A stretch of 21,444 bases of DNA from an uncultured archaeon (GCA_964388035.1 CAYLZE010000088.1:1-21444), one strand, 5' to 3'; positions 1 to 10,118 are shown, counted from the stretch's first letter. Translations and numbers: made by a program. Notes: generated by a model from the sequence alone, not told the origin.

Positions 1-80
1 TAATTTAAGATTTATAATGGCTATCCTTTTAAAAAACATCTGCCTTTCTATTTTTAATTATTTCGTAAAGTGGAATTAAA

Positions 81-1499
81 TTGGTTGATAAAAGTTCAAA
101 TGAAGAAACATTGAAAAAAAAAGTTCCGGGCAGAGGGGGAACTCAAGTTACTATTAATTTATCCAATATAATCGATAATGCTGACGGGCAGATTTTTCCC
201 TCTGTATATGAACAAGTACAGCTAACGACGGGATTGGATATTGTCCAATTAGGTGATTTAACGGGAATAAGGTCTTTACTTCAAGCATTAGCTACTCCAA
301 TCTGGGGGTGGTGGAGCGATAAACATTCCAGAAAATTAGTATTGTCGATTGGATGCTTTATATGGGCATTTTTTACCATCATGGTAGCCTTTGCCTCCCA
401 ATTTATTGATTTGCTGATTTATCGAGCCATTACGGGTATCGGTTTAGCGGTAATCGTGCCGACTTCCCAATCCTTAGTCTCTGATTATTTTCCCCCAGAG
501 ACCCGTGGAAAAGCTTTTGGATGGTTAGGATTAACGGGCGTACTTGGATCTATTGTTGGAACGATCTTTGCCACTGCAATTGTATCTGCTTATAGTACTA
601 TTTTAGGGATTGATAGTTGGAGATTTATATTCATTGTATGGGGTATTGTAAGCATAATAGTTGGTCTTTTAGTTCTAATATTCGCGAAAGATCCCATTCG
701 AGGTGAAATGGAACCCGAACTCGCTGCAGTGATTTCAAAGGAAGAAGCAGATAAATATCATGCCAAATTTTCAGACTTTAAGAAAATTTTGACTAATCGA
801 ACGTTCATGATTATTGTTTTTCAAGGAATGGCCGGATCCATCCCTTGGAATGGTATTTTTTTCATGATCATCTGGTTTGAATATATTGGATTTGATCCGT
901 TAATAGCCGGCTTATTGTTTTCCATAATCGCAATCGGAGCTGCAGTAGGAAATCTATTGGGAGGTTTGATAGGAGATAGAGCGGCAAAATGGCGTCCTAA
1001 GAGCGGAAGAATCATCATTGCACAAATCTCTGTAGCTTCAGGAATTCCTTTAACGTTTATAATTTTCCTGTTAATCCCCATGATGGAATCTTCTGTACTA
1101 TTATATATCATCTTTGGCACCATTACAGGACTTCTCATCTCTTGGTGTTCGGGAGGCACTAATAATCCCATTTTTAGTGAAGTCATAGAACCAGAAATTC
1201 GCAGTTCGGCATTTTCTGTAGATCGCATGCTGGAAGGGTCCTTTGCAGCCTTAGGAACCGTGTTCGTGGGGCTTGCAGCAGACCTCTTTGGCTATACCAC
1301 TCCTCCATTGGGAGTAGATTTAAGCCAATTGCCTGCTTCAATAAGATATACAAACATGATGGCACTTGCATTGGGCATGTTTTTAGTGGCGTTAATCCCT
1401 TGGATAATTTGTTTAATTCTTTATTCGTTCGTGTATAAGACGTATCCTACTGACTTCGAAAGAGTTCGGAAAATATTAGAGGAAAGGGGAAAGGATTAG
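81..1499 (+). CDS. MFS transporter (Spinster-like; resembles the plant/protist UNE2-like MFS family)
   Basis: 472 aa, about 12 hydrophobic segments. MFS motif A-like GWWSDKHSRK and GLIGDRAAKWRP; RAITGIGLA, RGKAFGW. TTG start. Confidence 0.92.
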   Translation: MVDKSSNEETLKKKVPGRGGTQVTINLSNIIDNADGQIFPSVYEQVQLTTGLDIVQLGDLTGIRSLLQALATPIWGWWSDKHSRKLVLSIGCFIWAFFTIMVAFASQFIDLLIYRAITGIGLAVIVPTSQSLVSDYFPPETRGKAFGWLGLTGVLGSIVGTIFATAIVSAYSTILGIDSWRFIFIVWGIVSIIVGLLVLIFAKDPIRGEMEPELAAVISKEEADKYHAKFSDFKKILTNRTFMIIVFQGMAGSIPWNGIFFMIIWFEYIGFDPLIAGLLFSIIAIGAAVGNLLGGLIGDRAAKWRPKSGRIIIAQISVASGIPLTFIIFLLIPMMESSVLLYIIFGTITGLLISWCSGGTNNPIFSEVIEPEIRSSAFSVDRMLEGSFAALGTVFVGLAADLFGYTTPPLGVDLSQLPASIRYTNMMALALGMFLVALIPWIICLILYSFVYKTYPTDFERVRKILEERGKD

Positions 1500-1745
1500 A
1501 ACAGAATCATCTCTTTTCAATAACGAAAATAAATTTTAAAATTAAACTATTAAATCGCTTATTTTTTTATTTTTTTCATTTTTAATTACTAAATGAGAAT
1601 AGAATAGTATAATTTTCTTAAAAGAAAGCTTTTTCTAATAAAAAGGTACCATTTAACTTTTATAGCCATTTCTTAACACTGCTTCAGCGCATTATTATAC
1701 CGATTTCCAAACCTTTAACCAAACTTGAAATCATAGGGGATTAGT

Positions 1746-2702
1746 TCACATCTTATTCTCGCTAGTGAAAACTTGCTGCTCTTCCTGATTTGCACCCAAT
1801 CCCTCCATTTGTTTGCGCGCTAAGTCCGACTCGTGATCTTTAAATGAACTTATAAATATAGCAGAAAGAATTAATCCACATCCTATTCCACCTAAAATGG
1901 AGATGGTTTCATTTCCGAGCCACATACCAAAAAGAAGACCAAATACGGGTTCTAAAGTGAAGACAATAGCAGTTTGAACAGGGGACACGTGTTTTTGACT
2001 CCAATTTTGAAATATAAACGATAAAGCGACTACTCCCACCCCTAAATAAATCATGAGATACCAAAAATTAAGATCATGGGATGTTAGTTCCCAAGATTCC
2101 TGGAAAAGCAGTGAACACCCAATACTCAACAAGCTAACTAACCCTAGCTGTATTGTCGTATAAAGATATACGTCCACCAGTTTAACGTACTTATCGTTTA
2201 ACACGATATATATGGAGAAAAAGAACGCACATATTAAATTTAAGAAATCTGCTAATATTAACCCGGATTCTCCTTCCAATAGCAAGAGGGCCATCCCAAT
2301 GACAGATAATAAGACGGCGATCCATATTTTCACTTTTAGACGTTGACGAGTTTTTATTCCTATTATGAAGGGAACCATGACGGTAGAGAGACTCGTTACG
2401 AAACCCGTTTTACCGGCCGTTGTTCCTTGAATACCATACGTTTGAAATAAGATGCCTATAAAAAATACGATCCCCGTAATCCCTCCCATGATCAGGATCT
2501 TTTTATCTATTTTTTTCACAAGAAATAAAAATGGAATTAAACCCAAGAGCGAAAAAGTGAACCGTATTCCCAAATAAAAAAAAATGGGAACATTTTTAGT
2601 GACAATTTTGGTTATGATGAAACTGCTACCCCATAATATGGTTGTCAAGATCAATAAAAATAAAGCCATTAGTCTTATCTTTGAAGAAGGGGGAGAGGTC
2701 AT
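1746..2702 (-). CDS. EamA/DMT-family transporter
   Basis: About 10 TM segments in two repeats; LWGSSF, TTAGKTGFVTSLSTVMVP, VSPVQTAIVFTLEPVFG. ATG at 2702 (TTG at 2705 also possible). Confidence 0.92.
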   Translation of the reverse strand: MTSPPSSKIRLMALFLLILTTILWGSSFIITKIVTKNVPIFFYLGIRFTFSLLGLIPFLFLVKKIDKKILIMGGITGIVFFIGILFQTYGIQGTTAGKTGFVTSLSTVMVPFIIGIKTRQRLKVKIWIAVLLSVIGMALLLLEGESGLILADFLNLICAFFFSIYIVLNDKYVKLVDVYLYTTIQLGLVSLLSIGCSLLFQESWELTSHDLNFWYLMIYLGVGVVALSFIFQNWSQKHVSPVQTAIVFTLEPVFGLLFGMWLGNETISILGGIGCGLILSAIFISSFKDHESDLARKQMEGLGANQEEQQVFTSENKM

Positions 2703-3251
2703 CAAAATTCACTTTAAAACTAAGTGATGAAAAACCGCCACTCGGAAATAATTTGCCATGGAATGATGGAAAAAGATTAGGGTATCATTAACTTTAAAAG
2801 AGGGCAGGAGAAAAGTAATATTTTTAGAAAATTATCGGAAGAAAATCAAATACCTATTAAGGACCATGTGGTTTTATATTGACTAAATAGCCCTTGATAA
2901 CCCTGATTCCAATGATTCCAAATAAACCTTCTTAAAAACATGAAGTATTCTATAATGAGAAAATAGTCATTGAATAAGAATAAATTACGTTTTGAAGAGA
3001 TTAGAAGCATTATGAGATTTGTAATGATAAGATTATCATATTAAATTATCCGTTTTCAGATTTTTCTCAATTTATCCGAACGCTTCAAGGGATAGTTGAG
3101 GATCCAAGAGGTTTTATTCAAGGTTGCATGATTTTTTGATAAAAAATGATTTTGGTGTAAACCTTTAATAACTTTAAAATGAAATAAAAAATATTAGACA
3201 TTTATTTAATATTCTAACATTATCAGAGTTTTAAAAAAGTGAAAAAAAAAC

Positions 3252-4595
3252 ATGACTGAGAATGAAGTTGAGTACAAGACCTCATATACGGGAATCTTTT
3301 CTCTGAATTATTTTGTACAGGGAATGAATCAGAGCATCTTCACCACGGTAGTACCTATCTACCTTTTAAACTTGCTTGGTGTGGTGGATGTCGTTGCAAT
3401 TGCTTCCTTGGGTTCCATAATCATGATTCCTTTTGTTCTGAAAATTATATTTGGATTGCTCTCAGATAAAATCGATATAGGGAAATGGGGACGACGCAAA
3501 CCGTGGATTATCATGGCAACAACGTTTGCGGGAATAATGTGGTTAGTGCTACCTCCCATATTATTCTCAGACCTAGAAGCCGCATTTACTATCTTTACGA
3601 TAGTAGGTTTTTTTGTAATGTTTGGAACTGCCATGTCAGATACTGCCATGGACGGATTCATCATGGATATTTGTCCAAAAAAGCTGCTAGGAAGAGTCAC
3701 GGGAGCGGTGTGGGGTTTTAGATCCATTGGAATTATTGTAGGGGGGTTGGTAATTTTATTAGTCATCAATATTATCCCCATTGAGTACATCTTTTACTTA
3801 TTAGGAATCATCACGATTATTTTTGGGTGGAGCACCACGTTCATTAAACACGGAGAATATACTAAAGATAGAGAAATCCTTTCTAATGTTAAAAGAATTT
3901 TTAAAAGAAAGGAAAATTGGAAGGTGTTTTTCTTCTCGATGTTCATGGCAATCGTCGATGGGGTGATCTTCTTATTTTTAGCATTATACATCCTGATAAG
4001 AGGAGGATTGGTAAATCCCGTGGGGGCAAACATAGAACTCTTAGATGAAGATCTGAACCTGTATTATCCCCAAGCTTTTATCACGTTAATCGTGAGTTTA
4101 GGTGTTCTGGCAGGAGCTTTCTTGGGAGGAAGAGTAGCTGATAAAATGTCAAGGAGAACGGCAGTATTTTGTTCCTTCGCTTTAACTACAGGATCTTTAT
4201 TATTACTATTAATTCCCATGCCATCTGCACTATTTTTCATGCTGTTGGTGTTTGCATTCATTGCAGGTTCTTCTAGTGGTTGGAGCAACTCTGCGTTTTC
4301 TGCAGTTGCAGGGGAATATTCTAAACAATATCCCGACGCTCCTGGAACGTATCTCTCTATATGTACCTCCTTTATAAATTTTGGTACTCTCATGGGATTA
4401 TCCATTACGGGTCAGATTTTTAATAACATAACCGGCGTTTTTTCTAATGTAATGCTGATTTACGGCACGGTTTTTATCTTCATGGCCATCCTCAGCAATA
4501 TTGCAATCATTCCCTTCGTATTCCTTGATAGAAAACAATATGAGTACAAATTAGAAGAGGAAGAAGAACCTCTGCCAGAAATGATCAAACCTTAA
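3252..4595 (+). CDS. MFS transporter (AmpG/BT1-like)
   Basis: 447 aa; YFVQGM, PFVLKIIFGLLSDK, GRRKPWI, AMSDTAMDG, GGRVADKMSRR. Confidence 0.9.
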   Translation: MTENEVEYKTSYTGIFSLNYFVQGMNQSIFTTVVPIYLLNLLGVVDVVAIASLGSIIMIPFVLKIIFGLLSDKIDIGKWGRRKPWIIMATTFAGIMWLVLPPILFSDLEAAFTIFTIVGFFVMFGTAMSDTAMDGFIMDICPKKLLGRVTGAVWGFRSIGIIVGGLVILLVINIIPIEYIFYLLGIITIIFGWSTTFIKHGEYTKDREILSNVKRIFKRKENWKVFFFSMFMAIVDGVIFLFLALYILIRGGLVNPVGANIELLDEDLNLYYPQAFITLIVSLGVLAGAFLGGRVADKMSRRTAVFCSFALTTGSLLLLLIPMPSALFFMLLVFAFIAGSSSGWSNSAFSAVAGEYSKQYPDAPGTYLSICTSFINFGTLMGLSITGQIFNNITGVFSNVMLIYGTVFIFMAILSNIAIIPFVFLDRKQYEYKLEEEEEPLPEMIKP

Positions 4596-4747
4596 GCATT
4601 ACGTTCTAAATACTTTTTATTCCAACCATTTTTTTTATTTTTATTCTATTTATGCCTTGATGTTCTATATTGAATTAATGACTTTGAGTAATTTTATTTT
4701 TTCAAGCATATCAACGAATAGTCTACCAGAACTTTGGAGGAATTAGA

Positions 4748-4900
4748 ATGCTGTATGATATTGATACTCTTTTGAAAGAGTTGAATTTAACAGAAAAACA
4801 AAAGGAAAATTTAATAAAGGATTTGAAAGAGGAATTCCCTCAAGATGAGATGTTATTCGAGCTGCATCTTTATCGTGCAGCTCAATTTTTGAAAGGATAG
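4748..4900 (+). CDS. Small 50-aa helical protein, probable TA-associated/antitoxin-like (below the ORF-track cutoff)
   Basis: Hand translation MLYDIDTLLKELNLTEKQKENLIKDLKEEFPQDEMLFELHLYRAAQFLKG*. GGAGG RBS at 4736-4740, 7 nt before the ATG. Confidence 0.7.
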   Translation: MLYDIDTLLKELNLTEKQKENLIKDLKEEFPQDEMLFELHLYRAAQFLKG

Positions 4901-5099
4901 CATAATAATAATGTTTGAATTAACATGCTCTAAAGTACGATGGATTCATAATTCCTCGAGATGTGCTGACCTAGCATCCATCCTATCTCCTCTGATTCTG
5001 GAACTGTACTATCCAATTTAGAGAACTATTTTAATAATTTTAATCTTTTAAAAAATATGTAAAAAAGACTATTAAATACTATGTTAAATAAAGAACATA

Positions 5100-5324
5100 T
5101 TAGATTAAATCAAGGAATTCCTCTCGAGTTAAACCTATATCATTTATTATTTTTTGTAATAATCCTTTACCAATTTTTTCCCCTTTATGGAATGGAATAA
5201 CGGTTGTTCGACCCTCATTATTTCGAAACAATTTATGGGATCCCTTTTGCCTTATCTCTTCATATCCTAACTTTTTGATGATCTTAATCAATTTTTCAGG
5301 TGCTATAGGGCTAAGTTTCTTCAA
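5100..5324 (-). CDS. hicA: HicA-family mRNA interferase toxin
   Basis: RQKGSH and TTVIPFH...GLLQKII motifs. Likely start is TTG at 5324 (74 aa, preceded by AAGGTGG, overlapping the hicB end) rather than 5405. Confidence 0.9.
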   Translation of the reverse strand: MKKLSPIAPEKLIKIIKKLGYEEIRQKGSHKLFRNNEGRTTVIPFHKGEKIGKGLLQKIINDIGLTREEFLDLI

Positions 5325-5538
5325 AAGAAATTTCCACCTTTTGAATTCCAATGAATTTATTAAGTTTATCAAGGTCAATTGCTTCTGTTTCGAGATATAA
5401 TTCAATTGCTTCTTTAATTCGTTTATTTAACTCATCCAATGAACTCGCTTGTGTATGACAGCCCGGTAATTCTGGCACGCTCCCAATGTATATTCCATCC
5501 TCATCTTGCTCTATAATAATATTAAATTCTTTCTTCAT
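5311..5538 (-). CDS. hicB: HicB-family antitoxin (short form, no DNA-binding domain)
   Basis: IIEQDEDGIYIGSVPELPGCHTQASSLDEL...IKEAIELYL; lies upstream of hicA. Confidence 0.92.
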   Translation of the reverse strand: MKKEFNIIIEQDEDGIYIGSVPELPGCHTQASSLDELNKRIKEAIELYLETEAIDLDKLNKFIGIQKVEISFEET

Positions 5539-5859
5539 GAGATAATATCACAGCCCATTTTTCCATCTAACCTTCATTTAATCAAAATAAAAATAGCGAT
5601 AATCTATTAAATATTTTTTTCAAATTATTTGCTTCAAAAAAGGAGAATTTTATTTCTAAAAAATAAGTAATAAATAAAAGAAAGGAAAGAGGATATACTT
5701 TATGACCATAAAAAGTACTTTTAGTTCTTTTAACCATCAATAAAAAATAAAAGAGTTCTAAAAAAAATTTAATTTTAATGTTCTCTTTTTTACGGGAATT
5801 AATAGATTTTCTCCCATTCATTTCAAAGCCATCGAGTGATATGATGAAATGGAAATTTT

Positions 5860-7161
5860 TTACTTTTCCGTATTAGGTTTATTTAAAAGAGATTGTGCGA
5901 TTTTGTAACTAGTAATGATTGGAATGCCAAGTCCCGTTCCATAGATGATTTCCATTTCGTCTGAAGTTTGATCCGTAAAAGTATAAATTGCAGATCCACA
6001 GAGGTATAAATTGGTAGTATCTTTTCCTCCATTAAATATTAACTGAAAGGAAGAATCCAGTTTATTTGGTATTGGAATATCAATTTTAGCAAAATAGTCT
6101 CTCATTTTTCTTTCAGTTTCAAGAATTCCCGCTTGAAACATGGAACCCGTGGAAAAAATAATCGATTTAGACAACAAAGATTCTCGATTTCCCTTTTTGT
6201 CTTCAAATATTAACTTCCAACCTACTTGGTCATACTTTTTTTGATTCTCGAGTTCAATCAAGCTCCATCCTTTATTTATTTGTATCGCCTCTTGCTTCAG
6301 TTTCTTTTCATACTCATTTAATAATCTATTAGCTATTAAAGAAGGAGAGAGAGCAATCAATTCCCGGCACTTTGAATTCAAATTAATGGATAAAGCGCGG
6401 AGAATTTCAGGATTTCTATTCACCCCCAGGATAGGAGGGAATAAAAAAATGTCAATCTTTTTACCTGAAAATTTCGGTAATTGGTCTTTTAAATTTGATA
6501 AGATCATATCTGTAAAAAGGGCCATCTTATCAAAAAAAGTGTCAAAAAAACGTCCTAATTTGAATTCGCTTAAGTTGGATGGTGAACTCGCTTGGGGAAC
6601 TTCTTCCTCCATGCGGGAATATAATTCCTTAAACGATAGGTTTAAAATAGCAAAACTTGAAGGAAACCTTTCTTCTAGTCCTTTTTTAAGCAGATACAAA
6701 CTCGAATTGTTAAATTCTCTAAATCCAATTAAGATCACATTCGTGTCATTATGCAGAGCATCAAACTCATGAAAAAGTGAGCCCCAAATTCCCAAGCAAG
6801 GTTTCAAGGTACCGAGAGAACTTAATACCAATTCATTTGTAAATTTACCTTGAATGGTAAAACATTTAACATCAGGAAAATCAGCAAAGAACTGTAGCAG
6901 AGCTTTACGTGCTTCCTTATAGGAGAAGTGAACGTAAGGATGTTGCGGAAACGCTTTACAAAAAGAATTAAATGAGGTTTCTATGTCTGCTGAATTGTAC
7001 GTCAAAAAGTCCAGCGTTCCCATCCACAAATTTGAAGCCCCGTAGCCTGTAGTGTACATTTCACAGTTAATGCCCTCTTTTGCTAATAATAAAGCACTAT
7101 TTAAACCCGCAAAACCACCTCCCACGATGCAAACATCTAATTTCTTTACATGATTAGACAT
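5860..7161 (-). CDS. glpB: Anaerobic glycerol-3-phosphate dehydrogenase subunit B-like flavoprotein
   Basis: IVGGGFAGL Rossmann motif, GTLDFL, PQHPY, LGTLKP, NLYLCGS, GTGLG; overlaps the glpA stop by 8 nt. Confidence 0.8.
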   Translation of the reverse strand: MSNHVKKLDVCIVGGGFAGLNSALLLAKEGINCEMYTTGYGASNLWMGTLDFLTYNSADIETSFNSFCKAFPQHPYVHFSYKEARKALLQFFADFPDVKCFTIQGKFTNELVLSSLGTLKPCLGIWGSLFHEFDALHNDTNVILIGFREFNNSSLYLLKKGLEERFPSSFAILNLSFKELYSRMEEEVPQASSPSNLSEFKLGRFFDTFFDKMALFTDMILSNLKDQLPKFSGKKIDIFLFPPILGVNRNPEILRALSINLNSKCRELIALSPSLIANRLLNEYEKKLKQEAIQINKGWSLIELENQKKYDQVGWKLIFEDKKGNRESLLSKSIIFSTGSMFQAGILETERKMRDYFAKIDIPIPNKLDSSFQLIFNGGKDTTNLYLCGSAIYTFTDQTSDEMEIIYGTGLGIPIITSYKIAQSLLNKPNTEK

Positions 7162-8794
7162 GCACGTTTCCTCCTAATGAATAAAGATATTTGGATAATT
7201 TAATTTGCTTTTTTATGAATTCTCCTCCGTAGGGTTCTGTTTTCCATCTCTTCTTTAAGGCTACTTTTAATTCTTCCATGATTTGAGCGTGCGATTTATC
7301 CGTCCATTTTGATTCTAAATCGCATAGTTTATAATAGCAAAACTGTCCTTGGCAGGGTCCCATTCCTTGCCGGGTTCTCCTGCGATAATCATCGATCACT
7401 TTCACCATGAGATTTTCTCTTACCCAAGATAGTTCGGGTTCGGTGACATGTTCACATTCACAGATAGTTCTGGGTCTCCCAGGTTCGCTATATGATTCCA
7501 CACACGTTAGGCATGATTCTAATATTTTATCATAAAATGTACCCCATTTGTAATGCATGTCAAAAGCAGTCTTCTCATCCACGTTGAATTTTTCTTTAAA
7601 GGTTTTCAAAGGAACCTCTCGTTCTCCACCTGGCAATGTTCTCTGCGCGGTCAAGCATTCCCTCTCTATTCCAAGTTTTTCACAAGCTAAATCGGAGACT
7701 TTCTCTGCCATTAACCGATAAGTGGTTAATTTTCCTCCAAAAATCGTGAGAAACCCTTGATATCCCGCCTCTTCATAATCAATCACTTCAAACTTTCGGG
7801 AAGCTTCCCTCGCAGAACCTCCGCTTGCAACTAAGGGTCTGGCACCCGAGTAAAATCGAATTAAATTATGCTCTCGAATAGAGGGAATTAAATATTCTCC
7901 CTCGTCTAATAAATACTCGATTTCTTCTCGATTGGACATGAGGTTATCTAAATCGCCTAATTTCACGGGAACAGAGGTCGTACCCAGAAGAACGGATTGG
8001 TGGCTGGGAACAAAGATATCTCCATCTCCCGGCGGGCGAAGGCGATTTATCAAATGGTTTGTTAATCTATCTTGGATCACCAAAAGTGTCCCCATTGTAG
8101 GAGCAATTTGTAAAGGACTTTTCAATTCAAGACCCTTCTCTAAATATTGCGCCCACGGTCCCGTGGCATTTATCACCAAATCCGCATGAGCTTTTTTAGT
8201 GGCATTTTCTAATCTATCAAAATATTCTACTCCGATAACGTGCTCTCCTTTTAATAGCAAATCGGTAGCCTTGCAATAGGTTCTAACTTCTGCTCCGTTT
8301 AACACGGCATCGTACGCATTATAATAAGTTAAGAGAAAGGGATCGATATACCCGTCATTAACTTGAAATACCTTTTTTACGTTTGGATTACATCGAGGTT
8401 CTTGTTCTAAAAACTTTTTTGGCTCGATTTCCTCGCAGCATACTCTTGCTTCCTTGCAAGACTTTTCAAAAACATCTCCATATTCCACATCCTCTTCATT
8501 TACACCTATAAAAAATCCTCCACACGATTCCGAAATATGGGGCGCAATTCTTAATAGAATTTCATTCTCTATAGCACACTCCGAGGCAGCTATCTTATCT
8601 TTATACACGTACCTTCCTCCCGAATGGAGCATCGCATGACATCTTCCCGTGGTGCCCTCGCTCAAATCTTTTTGTTCCAAGAGTAGTACCTTCACGCCTC
8701 TGAGACTTAAATCACGAGCAATCCCCGCCCCTGTTGCTCCGCCACCAATGATGATGCATTCGAATTTCTTGTCAGATTCCAATTTTATATCCAC
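7154..8794 (-). CDS. glpA: Anaerobic glycerol-3-phosphate dehydrogenase subunit A (FAD, BFD-like Fe-S domain)
   Basis: IIGGGATGAGIARDL, GTTGRCHAMLHSGGRY, GARPL, GGKLTTYRLMAE, CECEHV...RRRTRQGMGPCQGQFC. GTG start. Confidence 0.93.
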   Translation of the reverse strand: MDIKLESDKKFECIIIGGGATGAGIARDLSLRGVKVLLLEQKDLSEGTTGRCHAMLHSGGRYVYKDKIAASECAIENEILLRIAPHISESCGGFFIGVNEEDVEYGDVFEKSCKEARVCCEEIEPKKFLEQEPRCNPNVKKVFQVNDGYIDPFLLTYYNAYDAVLNGAEVRTYCKATDLLLKGEHVIGVEYFDRLENATKKAHADLVINATGPWAQYLEKGLELKSPLQIAPTMGTLLVIQDRLTNHLINRLRPPGDGDIFVPSHQSVLLGTTSVPVKLGDLDNLMSNREEIEYLLDEGEYLIPSIREHNLIRFYSGARPLVASGGSAREASRKFEVIDYEEAGYQGFLTIFGGKLTTYRLMAEKVSDLACEKLGIERECLTAQRTLPGGEREVPLKTFKEKFNVDEKTAFDMHYKWGTFYDKILESCLTCVESYSEPGRPRTICECEHVTEPELSWVRENLMVKVIDDYRRRTRQGMGPCQGQFCYYKLCDLESKWTDKSHAQIMEELKVALKKRWKTEPYGGEFIKKQIKLSKYLYSLGGNVHV

Positions 8795-9126
8795 TTTACT
8801 TAATTTGAATTAATATACTCCTCTAAAAATATAAATTTACTTCATGTAAAGTATAAATGCTCCTTTTTTTGATAAGGGACGCAAGAAAGTTAATTGAATG
8901 AAATGATATGTAAGATGTGGAAGAATTTTTGCTATAAGTATGGAGATTTAATGATGGCATCTATTTTCATTCAATAAATGAAGTCAATTTATATGAATTA
9001 ATAGATTAACTTGCTCTAATTCTTAGCAAGTATTTTAATTAATATTAAAAGGCAAAGAGTCAATTTATTATTGAGTAGAAACAAAAATATAATCTTAAAT
9101 TCTTTTATATATATTGATAAGAAATT

Positions 9127-9369
9127 ATGACGGAAATAAAACTAAAGATTTCTAAATCTTTGCATGAAAAAATGAAAAAATTTCCTGAAATTAATTGGGA
9201 TACCATAGCAGAATCAGCTTTGGAACGATATATTAAAAATCTTGAAATAACCGAGGAAATTACCTCTAAGAGCAAATTAACAATCGATGATGTGGAAGAA
9301 ATTAGTAATGAAAGAACCGAAAGAAGTTGGCAAAAACATGTGGAATATCTTGAAAAGTTAAAAAAATGA
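9127..9369 (+). CDS. Ribbon-helix-helix antitoxin-like protein (VapB/CopG type)
   Basis: Alternating beta strand EIKLKI then SKSLHEKMKKFPEINWDTIAESAL. The stop overlaps a downstream ATG (ATGA). Confidence 0.7.
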   Translation: MTEIKLKISKSLHEKMKKFPEINWDTIAESALERYIKNLEITEEITSKSKLTIDDVEEISNERTERSWQKHVEYLEKLKK

Positions 9370-9380
9370 AGCTTATTATT
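9366..9380 (+). pseudogene. 5' stub of a putative PIN/VapC toxin (MKLII...)
   Basis: ATGA-coupled start reading MKLII, like the first PIN strand preceding the catalytic Asp. It then runs into antisense of the HEPN stub. Very short, so inferred from context. Confidence 0.4.
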
Positions 9381-9448
9381 TCTAAAGCGTTAAGAGTTTC
9401 TATTACTTGCTCTTCTTCTGCTTTGATATAACTAATGAATTTATCCAT
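9380..9448 (-). pseudogene. 5' stub of a putative HEPN toxin paired with the MNT
   Basis: ATG at 9448 overlaps the MNT stop and reads MDKFISYIKAEEEQVIETLNALE, an amphipathic first helix. After that the frame is antisense of the RHH gene; no Rx4-6H motif remains. Confidence 0.55.
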
Positions 9449-9707
9449 AAATCTTCATGCCATTTTCTCTAATTAATTTATTAAACAATGATTTTTGGGA
9501 TAAATCAATAAGATCTACTGATTTCGGTAAAGCTCTTAATAGTTCTCCATAAAATTTAAAAAATAAATTTGGTCGAATACCGTCAATGGCAAGATCAATA
9601 TCCTTATAATCTTGTTGTTCTAAAGAGGAGCCAAATAAATAAACCGAGAAAACCTCATACTTTTTGGCAAAGCGGATGATTATTTCTTTTTCGTTATCGC
9701 TTATCAT
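9441..9707 (-). CDS. Minimal nucleotidyltransferase (MNT/MntA-type antitoxin)
   Basis: VYLFGS...DIDLAI...VDLIDL. Likely start ATG 9707 (88 aa). Confidence 0.88.
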   Translation of the reverse strand: MISDNEKEIIIRFAKKYEVFSVYLFGSSLEQQDYKDIDLAIDGIRPNLFFKFYGELLRALPKSVDLIDLSQKSLFNKLIRENGMKIYG

Positions 9708-10118
9708 GCTTAAATTATATATATTGAATTTGAATATCAATAATAGTAATGTTTGTATTTTTAAATATTTTTAATAGATAAGCTTATTGGATTTTAAATT
9801 GAATATAATAAATAATTGTTGTAATCAGCGTGATATCAAATATTTCTTTTGCTTATTTAGAATATCTTTTCTTATTCATACGCATTTGGATTTTTTGAAT
9901 ATTATGATTCCATAGTTAATCATAAATACTTTTTTTTGACTTTGAAAACTTAAAAAAAAGGTTGAAATTAACATTGAAATAAGAGAATAATATAATTCAT
10001 AATTTTCTTTAGTAATGAAAAAAATTATTTTTTATCTATTTCTTATTAGAATTAGTATTGTGACAAATTTCATTTTTTTTAATGTAAAAACTTAAAGGAA
10101 ACAATCTATTGCCTGATC

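Noticed and set aside
2860-3140. Possible decayed coding fragment (...IILNYPFSDFSQFIRTLQGIVEDPRGFIQG) between the EamA and MFS genes
   Set aside because: No start and no recognisable family; BLASTx would be needed.
821-4405. Shadow ORFs 821-1228, 1183-1371, 3359-3790, 3485-3721, 3794-4033, 4064-4405
   Set aside because: Antisense or out-of-frame within well-supported MFS genes, with no motifs.
4929-5025. Minus-strand fragment LDSTVPESEEIGWMLGQHISRNYESIVL*
   Set aside because: Protein-like but short and unassignable.
5582-5821. 79-aa ORF between glpB and hicB, checked as a possible glpC or membrane anchor
   Set aside because: Low-complexity F/K/L translation of AT-rich DNA with no Cys motifs.
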